A stretch of 60,660 nucleotides of DNA, from NCBI GenBank assembly GCA_964441335.1, contig CAYTUI010000002.1, positions 1-60,660 on the forward strand, read 5' to 3'. This document shows, one piece after another, positions 24,185-33,139 of this stretch (positions within the stretch are counted from its first letter, which is position 1; each line of letters opens with the position of its first letter). The notes under the pieces were generated by a model, which was given only the letters and a program-made list of their open reading frames with translations, did no database searches and had not been told where the DNA came from. The translations under genes were made by a program, and so were the position numbers. This DNA comes from an uncultured Gammaproteobacteria bacterium. GTDB lineage: Bacteria > Patescibacteriota > Patescibacteriia > UBA1558 > 2-01-FULL-52-15.

Positions 24185-25344
24185 TGAAATTGCGGGTTAT
24201 AAAAAAAATAGCCGAACTAAAAGGCCGCCGGGTTTTGTTAAGGTTGGATTTAAACGCGCCTTTAACTAAGGGTCATTTGGAGCAGTCTGATCTTTGGAAG
24301 TTGAGATCATCTTTGGGCACTTTAGAAACTTTAATTGAACACGGCGCCAGAATTATTATTATTGCGCATTTTGGCAGGCCGGACGGAAAAAAAGATCCTA
24401 AACTTAGCCTACGGCCGGTTATTAAGAAATTTAGTCAGATGATTGGCCAGAAGATAGAGATTTGGGATGATAGTTTGATTAGTTGTCAGAAGAAAAGTTT
24501 AAAACTTACCGACGGTCAGGTGGTCTGTCTGGAAAACATCAGGTTTCATAAAGGCGAGCAGACCTGTAACTCTAAGTTTTCTAAACAGCTGGCGGCTTTG
24601 GGTGACGTCTTTATTAATGACGCTTTTGGTGATGTCGGCGGTAAGTATGCTTCTAACGTCGGTGTAACTAAGTATTTGCCCAGCTATGCCGGCCGATTGA
24701 TGGATTATGAGGTACAGCACTTGTCGCAATTATTTAAAAAAGCTAAACGCCCGATTGTGGCTATCATGGGCGGCAGTAAGATTTCCACAAAGATTATTTT
24801 AATCAGGCAGTTATTGGAGAAAGTAAATTTTGTACTACTTGGCGGAGCTTTGGCCAATAATGTATTGAGAGCTCAAAAAATTGAAGTTGGCCGATCTTTA
24901 GTGGACAATAAAGTTTTAAGGCTGGATAATTATATTCTTAGTAATAAATTGAAATTGCCGGTGGATGCTAGGGTTAGCACCTCTTATAAAGCCAAAGCCC
25001 GTCTGACGGCTATCGGAAATGTGGGGAAAAACGAACTGATTCTGGATTTGGGACCTGATACTGTCAATCTTTATGGTAATATTATTACAAAGGCTAAAAC
25101 CATCATTTGGAACGGGCCACTAGGATACTTTGAAGATCCACGTTACGCAGTTAGTACCACTGAAACAGCCAGAAAAATTGCCACGGCCAGAGCCAGAGAA
25201 TATGTCGGCGGCGGTGAAACGGTTAAAGCTATATTAAAGAACAGATTGGAAGATAAAATGTTTTTCGTTTCTTCTGGCGGTGGCGCCATGCTAGCCTTGT
25301 TAGAAGGCAAAAAGCTCCCCGCTTTGGAGGTTTTAAAAATATAA
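24184..25344 (+). CDS. pgk: phosphoglycerate kinase
   Basis: RVLLRLDLNAPL N-terminus, IIAHFGRP and GGGAMLA-type C-terminal hinge motifs; typical length. Confidence 0.95.
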   Translation: MKLRVIKKIAELKGRRVLLRLDLNAPLTKGHLEQSDLWKLRSSLGTLETLIEHGARIIIIAHFGRPDGKKDPKLSLRPVIKKFSQMIGQKIEIWDDSLISCQKKSLKLTDGQVVCLENIRFHKGEQTCNSKFSKQLAALGDVFINDAFGDVGGKYASNVGVTKYLPSYAGRLMDYEVQHLSQLFKKAKRPIVAIMGGSKISTKIILIRQLLEKVNFVLLGGALANNVLRAQKIEVGRSLVDNKVLRLDNYILSNKLKLPVDARVSTSYKAKARLTAIGNVGKNELILDLGPDTVNLYGNIITKAKTIIWNGPLGYFEDPRYAVSTTETARKIATARAREYVGGGETVKAILKNRLEDKMFFVSSGGGAMLALLEGKKLPALEVLKI

Positions 25345-25380
25345 ATTTAATAATAATTAATTGTGCGCTCCTAGTCATTA

Positions 25381-25415
25381 GCTATTTGCTACCGGCTACA
25401 GGCCACAAGCCAACA
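25381..25415 (+). repeat. degenerate 7-nt tandem array
   Basis: gctattt gctaccg gctacag gccacaa gccaaca, ending 5 nt before the ATG. Confidence 0.7.
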
Positions 25416-25420
25416 AACGT

Positions 25421-26194
25421 ATGCTAGAAAAATTACAGCAACATGGTAAAGAGGCCGCCGGTCTTTTTGCTATTATGCTCTTAACCGCCAGTTTCTTTTT
25501 AGTCACTGCCGGTATTAATAAAATCAAAGAGTTTCGTTATATTGGTCAAGCTCCTGACTATTCTAATAATATTGTGATGACCGGTCAGGGTAAAGTGGTA
25601 GCCGTGCCGGATATAATTAAATTAACTTTTGGCTATACTATTACCAAACCAAAAGTAGCCGACGCGCAGAAATTAACCGTGGACAAAATGAACGCTTTTA
25701 TGGAAGTCCTAAAGAATAAAGGTGTGGACAGTAAAGACATTAGGACAATAAATTATTCTATCAACCCCCAATATGATTACGCTAACGGCGTTCAGCAGTT
25801 AAATGGTTACAATGTTTCCCAAAACGTTGAAGTTAAACTTCGCGACATGGATTTAGCCAGCAGTATTTTAGCGCTTGCAGGCGATAATGAGTTAAATCAA
25901 GTCGGTAGTTTAGAGTTTACTTTTGATGACCAGGAAAAGTTTCTGCAGGAAGCGCGCGTTAAGGCGATAAAGAACGCCAAGGAAAAGGCTGAAACTTTAG
26001 CTAAGGAAGCCGGCGTACATCTGGGGCGTATTATTAGTATCAACGAAAATTCTTACCCGGGACCAGTTTATCCTATGTATTATGATAAAGCTGTTTCGGG
26101 CTTGGGTGGTGGTGATTCGGCTCCGGCTCCGGAAATATCTGCTGGTAGCAGTGAATTGGTGGTTGATATTAGTTTGACATACGAATTGCTCTAG
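25421..26194 (+). CDS. SIMPL/DUF541-family secreted protein
   Basis: N-terminal TM and a sequence pattern typical of 26-kDa periplasmic immunogenic protein homologues. Confidence 0.7.
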   Translation: MLEKLQQHGKEAAGLFAIMLLTASFFLVTAGINKIKEFRYIGQAPDYSNNIVMTGQGKVVAVPDIIKLTFGYTITKPKVADAQKLTVDKMNAFMEVLKNKGVDSKDIRTINYSINPQYDYANGVQQLNGYNVSQNVEVKLRDMDLASSILALAGDNELNQVGSLEFTFDDQEKFLQEARVKAIKNAKEKAETLAKEAGVHLGRIISINENSYPGPVYPMYYDKAVSGLGGGDSAPAPEISAGSSELVVDISLTYELL

Positions 26195-26195
26195 G

Positions 26196-27467
26196 ATGAT
26201 TAAAGACGTTATTAAGAAGGTTTCAGCTGAAGAAATATTGGATTCCCGCGGGGAGCCGACTGTGGAAGTAACAGTGGAACTGCAAAGCGGTTTGGCTGCT
26301 AAAGCCTCGGTTCCCTCGGGTGCTTCAACCGGAGCCTTTGAAGCTCATGAATTGCGCGATCAGGACCCTAACCGTTATAACGGCAAGGGCGTTCTTAAGG
26401 CTGTGGCCAATGTTAATCAGCAGATTGACAAAGCCTTGAGAGATTTAGAAATAACCAGTCAGCAAAAGATTGATTCGGTCATGATTGAAATTGACGGTAC
26501 TGAAAATAAATCCAATCTGGGAGCTAATGCGATTTTGGGAGTTTCTATGGCGGTCGCTCGGACTGCCAGCAAGTCATTGGGTTTACCTCTTTATGAATAT
26601 TTGGGCAGCTTATTTGGTAAAAAGGAATATTCTCTGCCTATACCGTTGGTTAATCTGATTAACGGTGGTAAGCATGCCAGCACCAACCTTAATATGCAGG
26701 AGTTTTGGGTCATACCGACCGGCCAGAGGACTTTTCATGAAAGACTAAGATGTGCCACGGAAATTTTCCAGGTCTTGGGGCAATTATTAAGGAACGATAA
26801 GAAAGATACTGACGTCGGTAATGAAGGCGGATATGCTCCTGACTTTAAGAGTCATAAAGAAGCTCTGGATTATTTAGTCAGGGCGGTTGAAGGAGCAAAA
26901 TATAAATTAGGTGCGGATGTTTTTCTAGGATTGGATGTGGCGGCTTCCGAATTTTTTAATGCTGATAGAAATATTTATCGGTTGGAACTGGAAGGTAGTG
27001 ATTTTACTTCCACGGAGTTTACTAATTACATGTTGGGTTTGGCCAAAAGTTATTCATTGGCAGCCGTGGAAGATCCGTTAGCCGAAGAGGATTGGTTAAG
27101 TTGGGTGAGTTTAACGGCAGAGATGAAAAAGTATGATCCGAATTTAAGAATTATCGGCGACGATATTTTTGCCACCAACTCCAAAAGATTTCAGAAAGGT
27201 ATTGATATGGGTGTAGCTAATTCCATTTTGATTAAGCTTAATCAAATTGGAACTGTCAGTGAAACTTTGGACACAATTAGATTGGCCAAGAAGCACGGCT
27301 ATAAGACAGCAATCTCACATCGCAGTGGCGAAACAGTGGATACTTTTATCGCCGACTTAGCCGTGGCAGTCGGCTCGGAGTTTATTAAAACCGGCTCTGT
27401 GGCGCGTGGTGAGCGTACCGCTAAGTATAATCGTCTGCTAAATATTGAATCAGAATTTAATGTCTAA
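26196..27467 (+). CDS. eno: enolase
   Basis: SVPSGASTGAFEAHELRD, IKLNQIGT and SHRSGET motifs. Confidence 0.97.
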   Translation: MIKDVIKKVSAEEILDSRGEPTVEVTVELQSGLAAKASVPSGASTGAFEAHELRDQDPNRYNGKGVLKAVANVNQQIDKALRDLEITSQQKIDSVMIEIDGTENKSNLGANAILGVSMAVARTASKSLGLPLYEYLGSLFGKKEYSLPIPLVNLINGGKHASTNLNMQEFWVIPTGQRTFHERLRCATEIFQVLGQLLRNDKKDTDVGNEGGYAPDFKSHKEALDYLVRAVEGAKYKLGADVFLGLDVAASEFFNADRNIYRLELEGSDFTSTEFTNYMLGLAKSYSLAAVEDPLAEEDWLSWVSLTAEMKKYDPNLRIIGDDIFATNSKRFQKGIDMGVANSILIKLNQIGTVSETLDTIRLAKKHGYKTAISHRSGETVDTFIADLAVAVGSEFIKTGSVARGERTAKYNRLLNIESEFNV

Positions 27468-29016
27468 AAAACCGCTGATAGTTTTATGTATATTGGACGG
27501 CTGGGGGATAGGAGCGGCAAATTATGGCAACGCAATTACACAGGCCAAACTGCCATTCTATCAATCTTTCCTCAAGAAATACGCCCACACAGAACTGGAG
27601 GCTTCATCTAAGTATGTCGGTCTGCCCTTAAGACAGTCTGGAAATTCTGAAGCTGGGCACATGAATATTGGAGCCGGTCGTATTGTGGAGCAGGACGCGG
27701 TAGTAATTTCCCGTAGTATTAATGACGGAACATTTTTTCGTAACCCGGCTTTTTTACAAGCCGCCAGACATGCTAAAGAACATAATACCGATGTGCATCT
27801 AGTAGGATTGTTGACTGGTAATCAAAGCGCTCATTCTGATCCTGACCATTTGATTTCTTTGATAACATTATTCAAACATCAGAACATTAAGAATGTTTAT
27901 CTACATTTGTTTACTGACGGCCGCGATAGTCCTCGGTTTTATGCCCAGAAATTAATTAAGAAATACAGCGGTTTTTTCAGTAAGTATGCCCAAGTGGCCA
28001 CGATTATGGGGCGCTTTTACGGTATGGACAGAAAGAAGGAATGGTCGCGAACAGAGCTGGCATATAACGCTATGATTTTTGGTGAGGGCGTAAAAGACGA
28101 TAGCTCCGAAGACGCCATATTACACGCTTACGCCAGGGATGAAAGTGATGAGTTTATCAAGCCGACAATTATATGCGACAAGAACGGTAAACCTAGGGGT
28201 GTAATCAAAGATAATGACGCTGTGGTATTTTTTAATTTACGTTCGGACAGAGCCAGACAGATGTGTAAACCATTCGTTCAAAAAAGATTTGAAGATTTAA
28301 ATGCGGGCGCCTTTAAGCGCCGCAAGATAATGCAAGGCTTGTATTTAGTTGCCATGACTGATTTTGGACCTGATTTGGGGGACATTGTTACGGCTTACCC
28401 CAGTCGCGATATAACCGATACTTTACAGATGGTTTTGCATAATTATCGGCAGATGGTAATTGCTGAAAACGAAAAGTACGCTCATGTGACATATTTTTTG
28501 AACGGCGGTTATTCTGATCCTGTGGCGGGAGAAAAAAGGATTATAGTGGATTCGCCGGATCTTAAGATGTATGATAAAGAGCCGCAGATGAGTGTTCAAA
28601 AGACTTCAGCCTTGGTTGTAGATGCGATTAAAAATAATCAATACGATTTTATTGTTATGAACATAGCCAACCCTGACATGGTTGCCCATACGGGAAATCT
28701 TTTCGCCACTATTAAGGCTTGTGAATTTACTGATGTTGCCTTGGGAGCTATTAGTCAGGCGGTACTGAATAAAAAAGGTATTCTGATTGTGACTGCTGAT
28801 CACGGTAATGCTGAGGAGCTTGTTAATAAAAATACTGGCTGGCCGGATACAGAACATAGCACTAGTCGCGTGCCCTTTATTATTGTTAAGAATGGTTCCA
28901 GGCCGCAGCTTAGGAAAAAGGGAATATTGGGAGACATCGCTCCGACTATTTTGGATTTGCTCCGCGAAAATAAACCCAAGCTCATGACCGGTAAAAGTTT
29001 GATAATAAAAAAATAG
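27460..29016 (+). CDS. gpmI: 2,3-bisphosphoglycerate-independent phosphoglycerate mutase, copy 1 (divergent)
   Basis: LDGWG, GNSEAGH, TDGRD, YAHVTYFLNGG, NPDMVAHTG and ADHGNAE; the ATG at 27460 overlaps eno by 8 nt. Confidence 0.9.
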   Translation: MSKKPLIVLCILDGWGIGAANYGNAITQAKLPFYQSFLKKYAHTELEASSKYVGLPLRQSGNSEAGHMNIGAGRIVEQDAVVISRSINDGTFFRNPAFLQAARHAKEHNTDVHLVGLLTGNQSAHSDPDHLISLITLFKHQNIKNVYLHLFTDGRDSPRFYAQKLIKKYSGFFSKYAQVATIMGRFYGMDRKKEWSRTELAYNAMIFGEGVKDDSSEDAILHAYARDESDEFIKPTIICDKNGKPRGVIKDNDAVVFFNLRSDRARQMCKPFVQKRFEDLNAGAFKRRKIMQGLYLVAMTDFGPDLGDIVTAYPSRDITDTLQMVLHNYRQMVIAENEKYAHVTYFLNGGYSDPVAGEKRIIVDSPDLKMYDKEPQMSVQKTSALVVDAIKNNQYDFIVMNIANPDMVAHTGNLFATIKACEFTDVALGAISQAVLNKKGILIVTADHGNAEELVNKNTGWPDTEHSTSRVPFIIVKNGSRPQLRKKGILGDIAPTILDLLRENKPKLMTGKSLIIKK

Positions 29017-30606
29017 ATGTTAGGAGAAAGTAAACCAAGACCAAAGCCGGCCGTTCTGCTAATTTTGGACGGCTGGGGAATAGCGCCAGCTTCCAGGGCG
29101 AATGCTATTTCAACAGCCAAAATGCCTAATATTTCCAAATATATGACTACTTATCCAACTATGGCTTTGCAGGCAGCTGGAGAGTCGGTTGGCCTTAGCT
29201 GGGGCGAAATTGGCAATTCCGAGGTGGGTCATTTATCTATGGGCTCCGGCAAGATTCTGTTCCAGAGTTTACCCCGCATCAATAGAGCAATTTTTGACGG
29301 TGGTTTTTTCAAGAATGAAGCTTTGGTGGCGGCAGTTGAACATGCCAAAAAAAATAAAACCAGCCTACATTTGATGGGTTTAGTCAGCTCCGGTGGTGTT
29401 CATAGTCATAATGAGCATTTATATGCTTTGTTAGAGCTGGCGGCCGAGCATAAATTAAAGGATGTTTTTGTGCATGCTTTTTTAGATGGTCGCGACACAG
29501 TATTTAATAGTGGAGAAAAATATATTGTGGAACTTAATAAAAAGATGGAGCAGATTGGGGTTGGTAAAATAGCAACTTTAGCCGGTCGCTTTTATGCTAT
29601 GGACCGTGATAATCATTGGGAGCGGATTGCCAAAGTTTACAAGGCGATGGTTGAAGGCGAGGCCAAGGATTATTTTGAAAGTGCAGTGGATGCCATTCAC
29701 GCTTCTTATAAACTGGAGGTTTTTGATGAGCAATTGGAACCGGTTGTTATTACTGCCGGAGACAAACCGGTGGCGACAATCAAGGATAACGATGCTGTAA
29801 TATTTTTTAATTTTCGACCTGATCGGGCCAGACAAATTACCAAGTCTTTAATTCTGCCGGGCTTTAATAAATTTCCGGTCAACTATATGCAGAACATATT
29901 CTTTGTTTCTATGACCGAATACGAAAAGGATTTGCCTTTACAAGTGGCTTTTCCGCCCGAAGTAATTGACACTTCATTGGCTAAGGTTATTAGTGAAGCC
30001 GGGTTATCGCAATTGCATATTGCCGAAACTGAAAAATATGCCCATGTTACTTATTTTTTTAACGGCGGTCAGGAAAAGTCTTATCCTAAAGAAGATCACG
30101 TCTTGATTCCTTCGCCCAAAGTATCATCGTATGATCAGAAGCCGGCGATGAGCGCCAGAGAGATAACCTCGCGTGTTATTCAAGAAATTCGCGAAGTTAA
30201 ATATGATTTTATTGTGGTTAATTTTGCCAATGTGGATATGGTGGGCCATACGGGGAATCTTGCGGCCACCGTAGAGGCTTGTGAAATAATTGACGATTTA
30301 GTTGGTAAAATTGTTGAGGTAACCATGTCTTATGACGGTGCGGTTGTTATAACAGCTGATCACGGCAACGCCGAAAGTATGTTTGATTTGCAGAGCGGTG
30401 AAATGGACAAAGAACACAGTAATAATCCGGTGCCCTGCATTCTTATTAGCCGCGAGTGGGAAGGAAAAAATGTCGCCAACGGGGTCACTGGAACTGATTT
30501 GAGCACGGCTGTATCTTCCGGCATTTTAGCAGATATTGGACCAACTATAATAAAAATTTTGGGACTAAAAAAACCGTCGGAAATGACCGGTACTTCTTTA
30601 ATATAG
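29017..30606 (+). CDS. gpmI: 2,3-bisphosphoglycerate-independent phosphoglycerate mutase, copy 2
   Basis: LDGWG, GNSEVGH, GGVHSH, LDGRD, YAHVTYFFNGG, NVDMVGHTG and ADHGNAE. Confidence 0.95.
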   Translation: MLGESKPRPKPAVLLILDGWGIAPASRANAISTAKMPNISKYMTTYPTMALQAAGESVGLSWGEIGNSEVGHLSMGSGKILFQSLPRINRAIFDGGFFKNEALVAAVEHAKKNKTSLHLMGLVSSGGVHSHNEHLYALLELAAEHKLKDVFVHAFLDGRDTVFNSGEKYIVELNKKMEQIGVGKIATLAGRFYAMDRDNHWERIAKVYKAMVEGEAKDYFESAVDAIHASYKLEVFDEQLEPVVITAGDKPVATIKDNDAVIFFNFRPDRARQITKSLILPGFNKFPVNYMQNIFFVSMTEYEKDLPLQVAFPPEVIDTSLAKVISEAGLSQLHIAETEKYAHVTYFFNGGQEKSYPKEDHVLIPSPKVSSYDQKPAMSAREITSRVIQEIREVKYDFIVVNFANVDMVGHTGNLAATVEACEIIDDLVGKIVEVTMSYDGAVVITADHGNAESMFDLQSGEMDKEHSNNPVPCILISREWEGKNVANGVTGTDLSTAVSSGILADIGPTIIKILGLKKPSEMTGTSLI

Positions 30607-30610
30607 TAGT

Positions 30611-31465
30611 ATGCCAGAGTTACCTGAAGTGGAGACAATTAGAAAAGGGCTGGAAGCCATTCGCCGGAAGAAAATATCCGGCGTTGATGTTTTTGTTAAA
30701 AAAATTATTGAGCCGGCAGATTTGCCTATCAGATTGGTTGGCCAGCATATCACTGCTGTTAAGCGGCGTGGAAAGTTGTTAATTTTATCGTTAAATGGCG
30801 GAAATTATTTATTGATTCATTTGAAAATGACCGGTCAGCTGGTTTATCGTCCGACACGTGGGGCTATGGTAGTCGGTGGACACTCTATTACTGGAGTAGA
30901 GGAGGTGCCCAATAAATTTTCGCATATTCATATCACGTTCGCTGATAAATCAAAGCTCTATTTTAATGATGTCCGTCGTTTTGGTTGGTTTAAAATAGTT
31001 GATAAAAAGAAGCTGCAGGAGATTGAATCAGCTTATGGTCCAGAGCCTTTGGATAATCAGTTAAGTAGTGAGCTATGGTTGAAAATATTAGCTACCAAAA
31101 AAAGTTTGTCCATTAAGAAAGTATTACTTGATCAAAAGTTGATAGCCGGTTTAGGTAATATTTATGTTGATGAAGCTTGTTTTTATACTGGCATTCGGCC
31201 GACCAGGAAAGTTTCGTCTTTAAAGCGCCAGCAAAAATTGGAATTGTTAAAAAATATTCGCATAGTTTTAAATTTATCCATTAAGCATGGCGGTACCAGT
31301 TTTAGTAATTACCGGCAGGTCAGTGGCAGTATGGGAAATTATATTAAGTATCTGAAAGTTTATGGTAGGGGCGGAGAGTTATGCCAGAAGTGCCGCAAGA
31401 CTTTAATAAAAAAAATAAAGCATGCCGGTCGCGGCACACATTATTGTCCAACATGTCAGAGTTAG
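30611..31465 (+). CDS. mutM: formamidopyrimidine-DNA glycosylase
   Basis: MPELPEVE N-terminus, H2TH region and a C-terminal CxxC...CxxC zinc finger. Confidence 0.93.
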   Translation: MPELPEVETIRKGLEAIRRKKISGVDVFVKKIIEPADLPIRLVGQHITAVKRRGKLLILSLNGGNYLLIHLKMTGQLVYRPTRGAMVVGGHSITGVEEVPNKFSHIHITFADKSKLYFNDVRRFGWFKIVDKKKLQEIESAYGPEPLDNQLSSELWLKILATKKSLSIKKVLLDQKLIAGLGNIYVDEACFYTGIRPTRKVSSLKRQQKLELLKNIRIVLNLSIKHGGTSFSNYRQVSGSMGNYIKYLKVYGRGGELCQKCRKTLIKKIKHAGRGTHYCPTCQS

Positions 31466-31481
31466 AGAACATTCTCTATCC

Positions 31482-31742
31482 GAGATTGCTTCTCTTGCCT
31501 CTTGCGAGAGGCAAGATCGCAAATGAGAGCGATTTCTAACTATTGCTTAACGACTTATGAAAAAAGTAGCTAGAAAGATTCTTAATTCGCGAGGAGACCG
31601 CCCAGCTCTCGACCATATTTACACTTCGAGGCTTGATTGGCTCAATCAAGCTCAAATGATAGTTCGTGCGGAATGGTGGGCGGTCGACGACGCGATCTCT
31701 CGGCAACCCAACTTGAGATTGCTTCACTCCGTTCGCAAATGA
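31482..31742. repeat. structured GC-rich element flanked by GAGATTGCTTC...TCGCAAATGA direct repeats
   Basis: Repeat halves at 31482-31492/31517-31526 and 31715-31725/31733-31742. Inner stems are GACCGCCCA (31596-31604) with TGGGCGGTC (31677-31685), and GCTTGATT (31631-31638) with AATCAAGC (31644-31651). Confidence 0.5.
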
Positions 31743-31793
31743 CAAGCGCTCCTAGTTCCTTAAACCTAACCCCTATCTTCTAACTCCCATCTG

Positions 31794-32222
31794 CTAAACA
31801 ATCAATAGAATCGCCAAATAACTTAGTATCACTCCAACAACAACCCCCGCTAAAACTTCAGTTGGAGTATGTCCCAACCGCTCGTGCAAGACCGGATATT
31901 TATATTCTTTGGCCCGCGGCAGATCTTTAATAAGTTTATTAATCATTTGCGCATGTACTCCCAGTTGTCTGCGAAAACCAACAGCATCTCGTAAAACGAT
32001 TATCAGTAGTATCACTGCCACCGCCACGGCGCCGGCATCAAAACTGTCTTTTTGGTAAACAAGCACAAAGACCAACGAAGTAACCAAGGCGGCGTGTGAT
32101 GAGGGCATACCGCCATAATTATTAAGGTTTTCCCAGCTGAACTGACCACGCGCGGCTTCAATCAGGACCTTGATGAGTTGGGCAATAAACATGACGGCGA
32201 TAGGGATGAGAAATAGAGACAT
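31794..32222 (-). CDS. divergent PAP2 / DUF212 (YuiD-like) membrane protein
   Basis: YGGMPSSHAALV motif and four hydrophobic segments. Confidence 0.75.
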   Translation of the reverse strand: MSLFLIPIAVMFIAQLIKVLIEAARGQFSWENLNNYGGMPSSHAALVTSLVFVLVYQKDSFDAGAVAVAVILLIIVLRDAVGFRRQLGVHAQMINKLIKDLPRAKEYKYPVLHERLGHTPTEVLAGVVVGVILSYLAILLIV

Positions 32223-32288
32223 AGTGTTAGTTGAAAGTTTGTTAGCTTTTAGCTGTTAGCGTATGGCTCATGGAATGTGAAACGGTTG

Positions 32289-32372
32289 GCTATAAGCTTA
32301 AAGCTATAAGCTAAAAGCTATGAGTTATAAGCCATCGGCCATCTGCCATTAGCCATCGGCTATGTGCTATAA
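32289..32372. repeat. 12-unit degenerate heptamer array (GCYATNN)
   Basis: gctataa gcttaaa gctataa gctaaaa gctatga gttataa gccatcg gccatct gccatta gccatcg gctatgt gctataa; the last unit supplies TATAAT. Confidence 0.85.
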
Positions 32373-32392
32373 TACAGTATAACATAATATTT

Positions 32393-33139
32393 ATGGTACA
32401 GACATTAGAATATCTTTTTTTGGGCTTTATTCAGGGCGTGACCGAGTGGCTACCGGTTTCCAGTGATGGCCATTTGGTGATAGTTAATGAGTTTTTTGGC
32501 TTGGAACAGAATATTAGCACAACGGTGGTTTTGCATATCGCCAGTCTGATTGTTATGGTTTATTATTTTAGAGTGGATATTATCAGATTATTTCAGGCAC
32601 TCTGGACCAGATCGCGCGTCAGTGAAAGACAGTATATTTATAAATTAATCGGAGCCACAGCTGTGACAGTTGTAGTGGCTTTATTTCTGGATCAATATAT
32701 TGCCTCTTTTGAAAATAATAGGGCAGTCGGCTGGTTTTTGTTGGTTACCACAGTTTTTGTCGGATTGGGAGTTTTCTTTAAACAACGTCGTGAGTTAACT
32801 TGGCCGGTGGTTATTATTTTAGGTTTTGTTCAAGGCTTAGCAGTGTTACCGGGTGTTTCCAGAAGTGGCTTGATGATAGGCAGTGCCTTAATTTTGGGGA
32901 TTAGTTCCAAGGAGGCGTTTCGTTTTGCTTTTCTGGCCGGCATACCGGCAATTTTTGGAGCTTTTGTTTTTACAGTTAAGGATGTCAGCTTGTCGCTTAA
33001 TATCGTTCTGGCTTTTTTCGTCGCCTTAATCGTCAGCTACCTGGCCATAATGTTGCTGGAAATTGTTTTGGCAAAACATAAATTTCACTGGTTTGCTCTT
33101 TACACTTTAGCTTTGGGAATATTTTTGTTGATCCGATGA
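32393..33139 (+). CDS. uppP: undecaprenyl-diphosphatase
   Basis: GVTEWLPVSSDGHL N-terminal motif, PGVSRSG, polytopic membrane protein. Confidence 0.92.
   Translation: MVQTLEYLFLGFIQGVTEWLPVSSDGHLVIVNEFFGLEQNISTTVVLHIASLIVMVYYFRVDIIRLFQALWTRSRVSERQYIYKLIGATAVTVVVALFLDQYIASFENNRAVGWFLLVTTVFVGLGVFFKQRRELTWPVVIILGFVQGLAVLPGVSRSGLMIGSALILGISSKEAFRFAFLAGIPAIFGAFVFTVKDVSLSLNIVLAFFVALIVSYLAIMLLEIVLAKHKFHWFALYTLALGIFLLIR

Noticed and set aside
31536-31745. Mutually overlapping ORFs on both strands (31536-31745 - and 31557-31742 +)
   Set aside because: Open frames on both strands in a GC-rich structured element, with no SD. The region is treated as non-coding.
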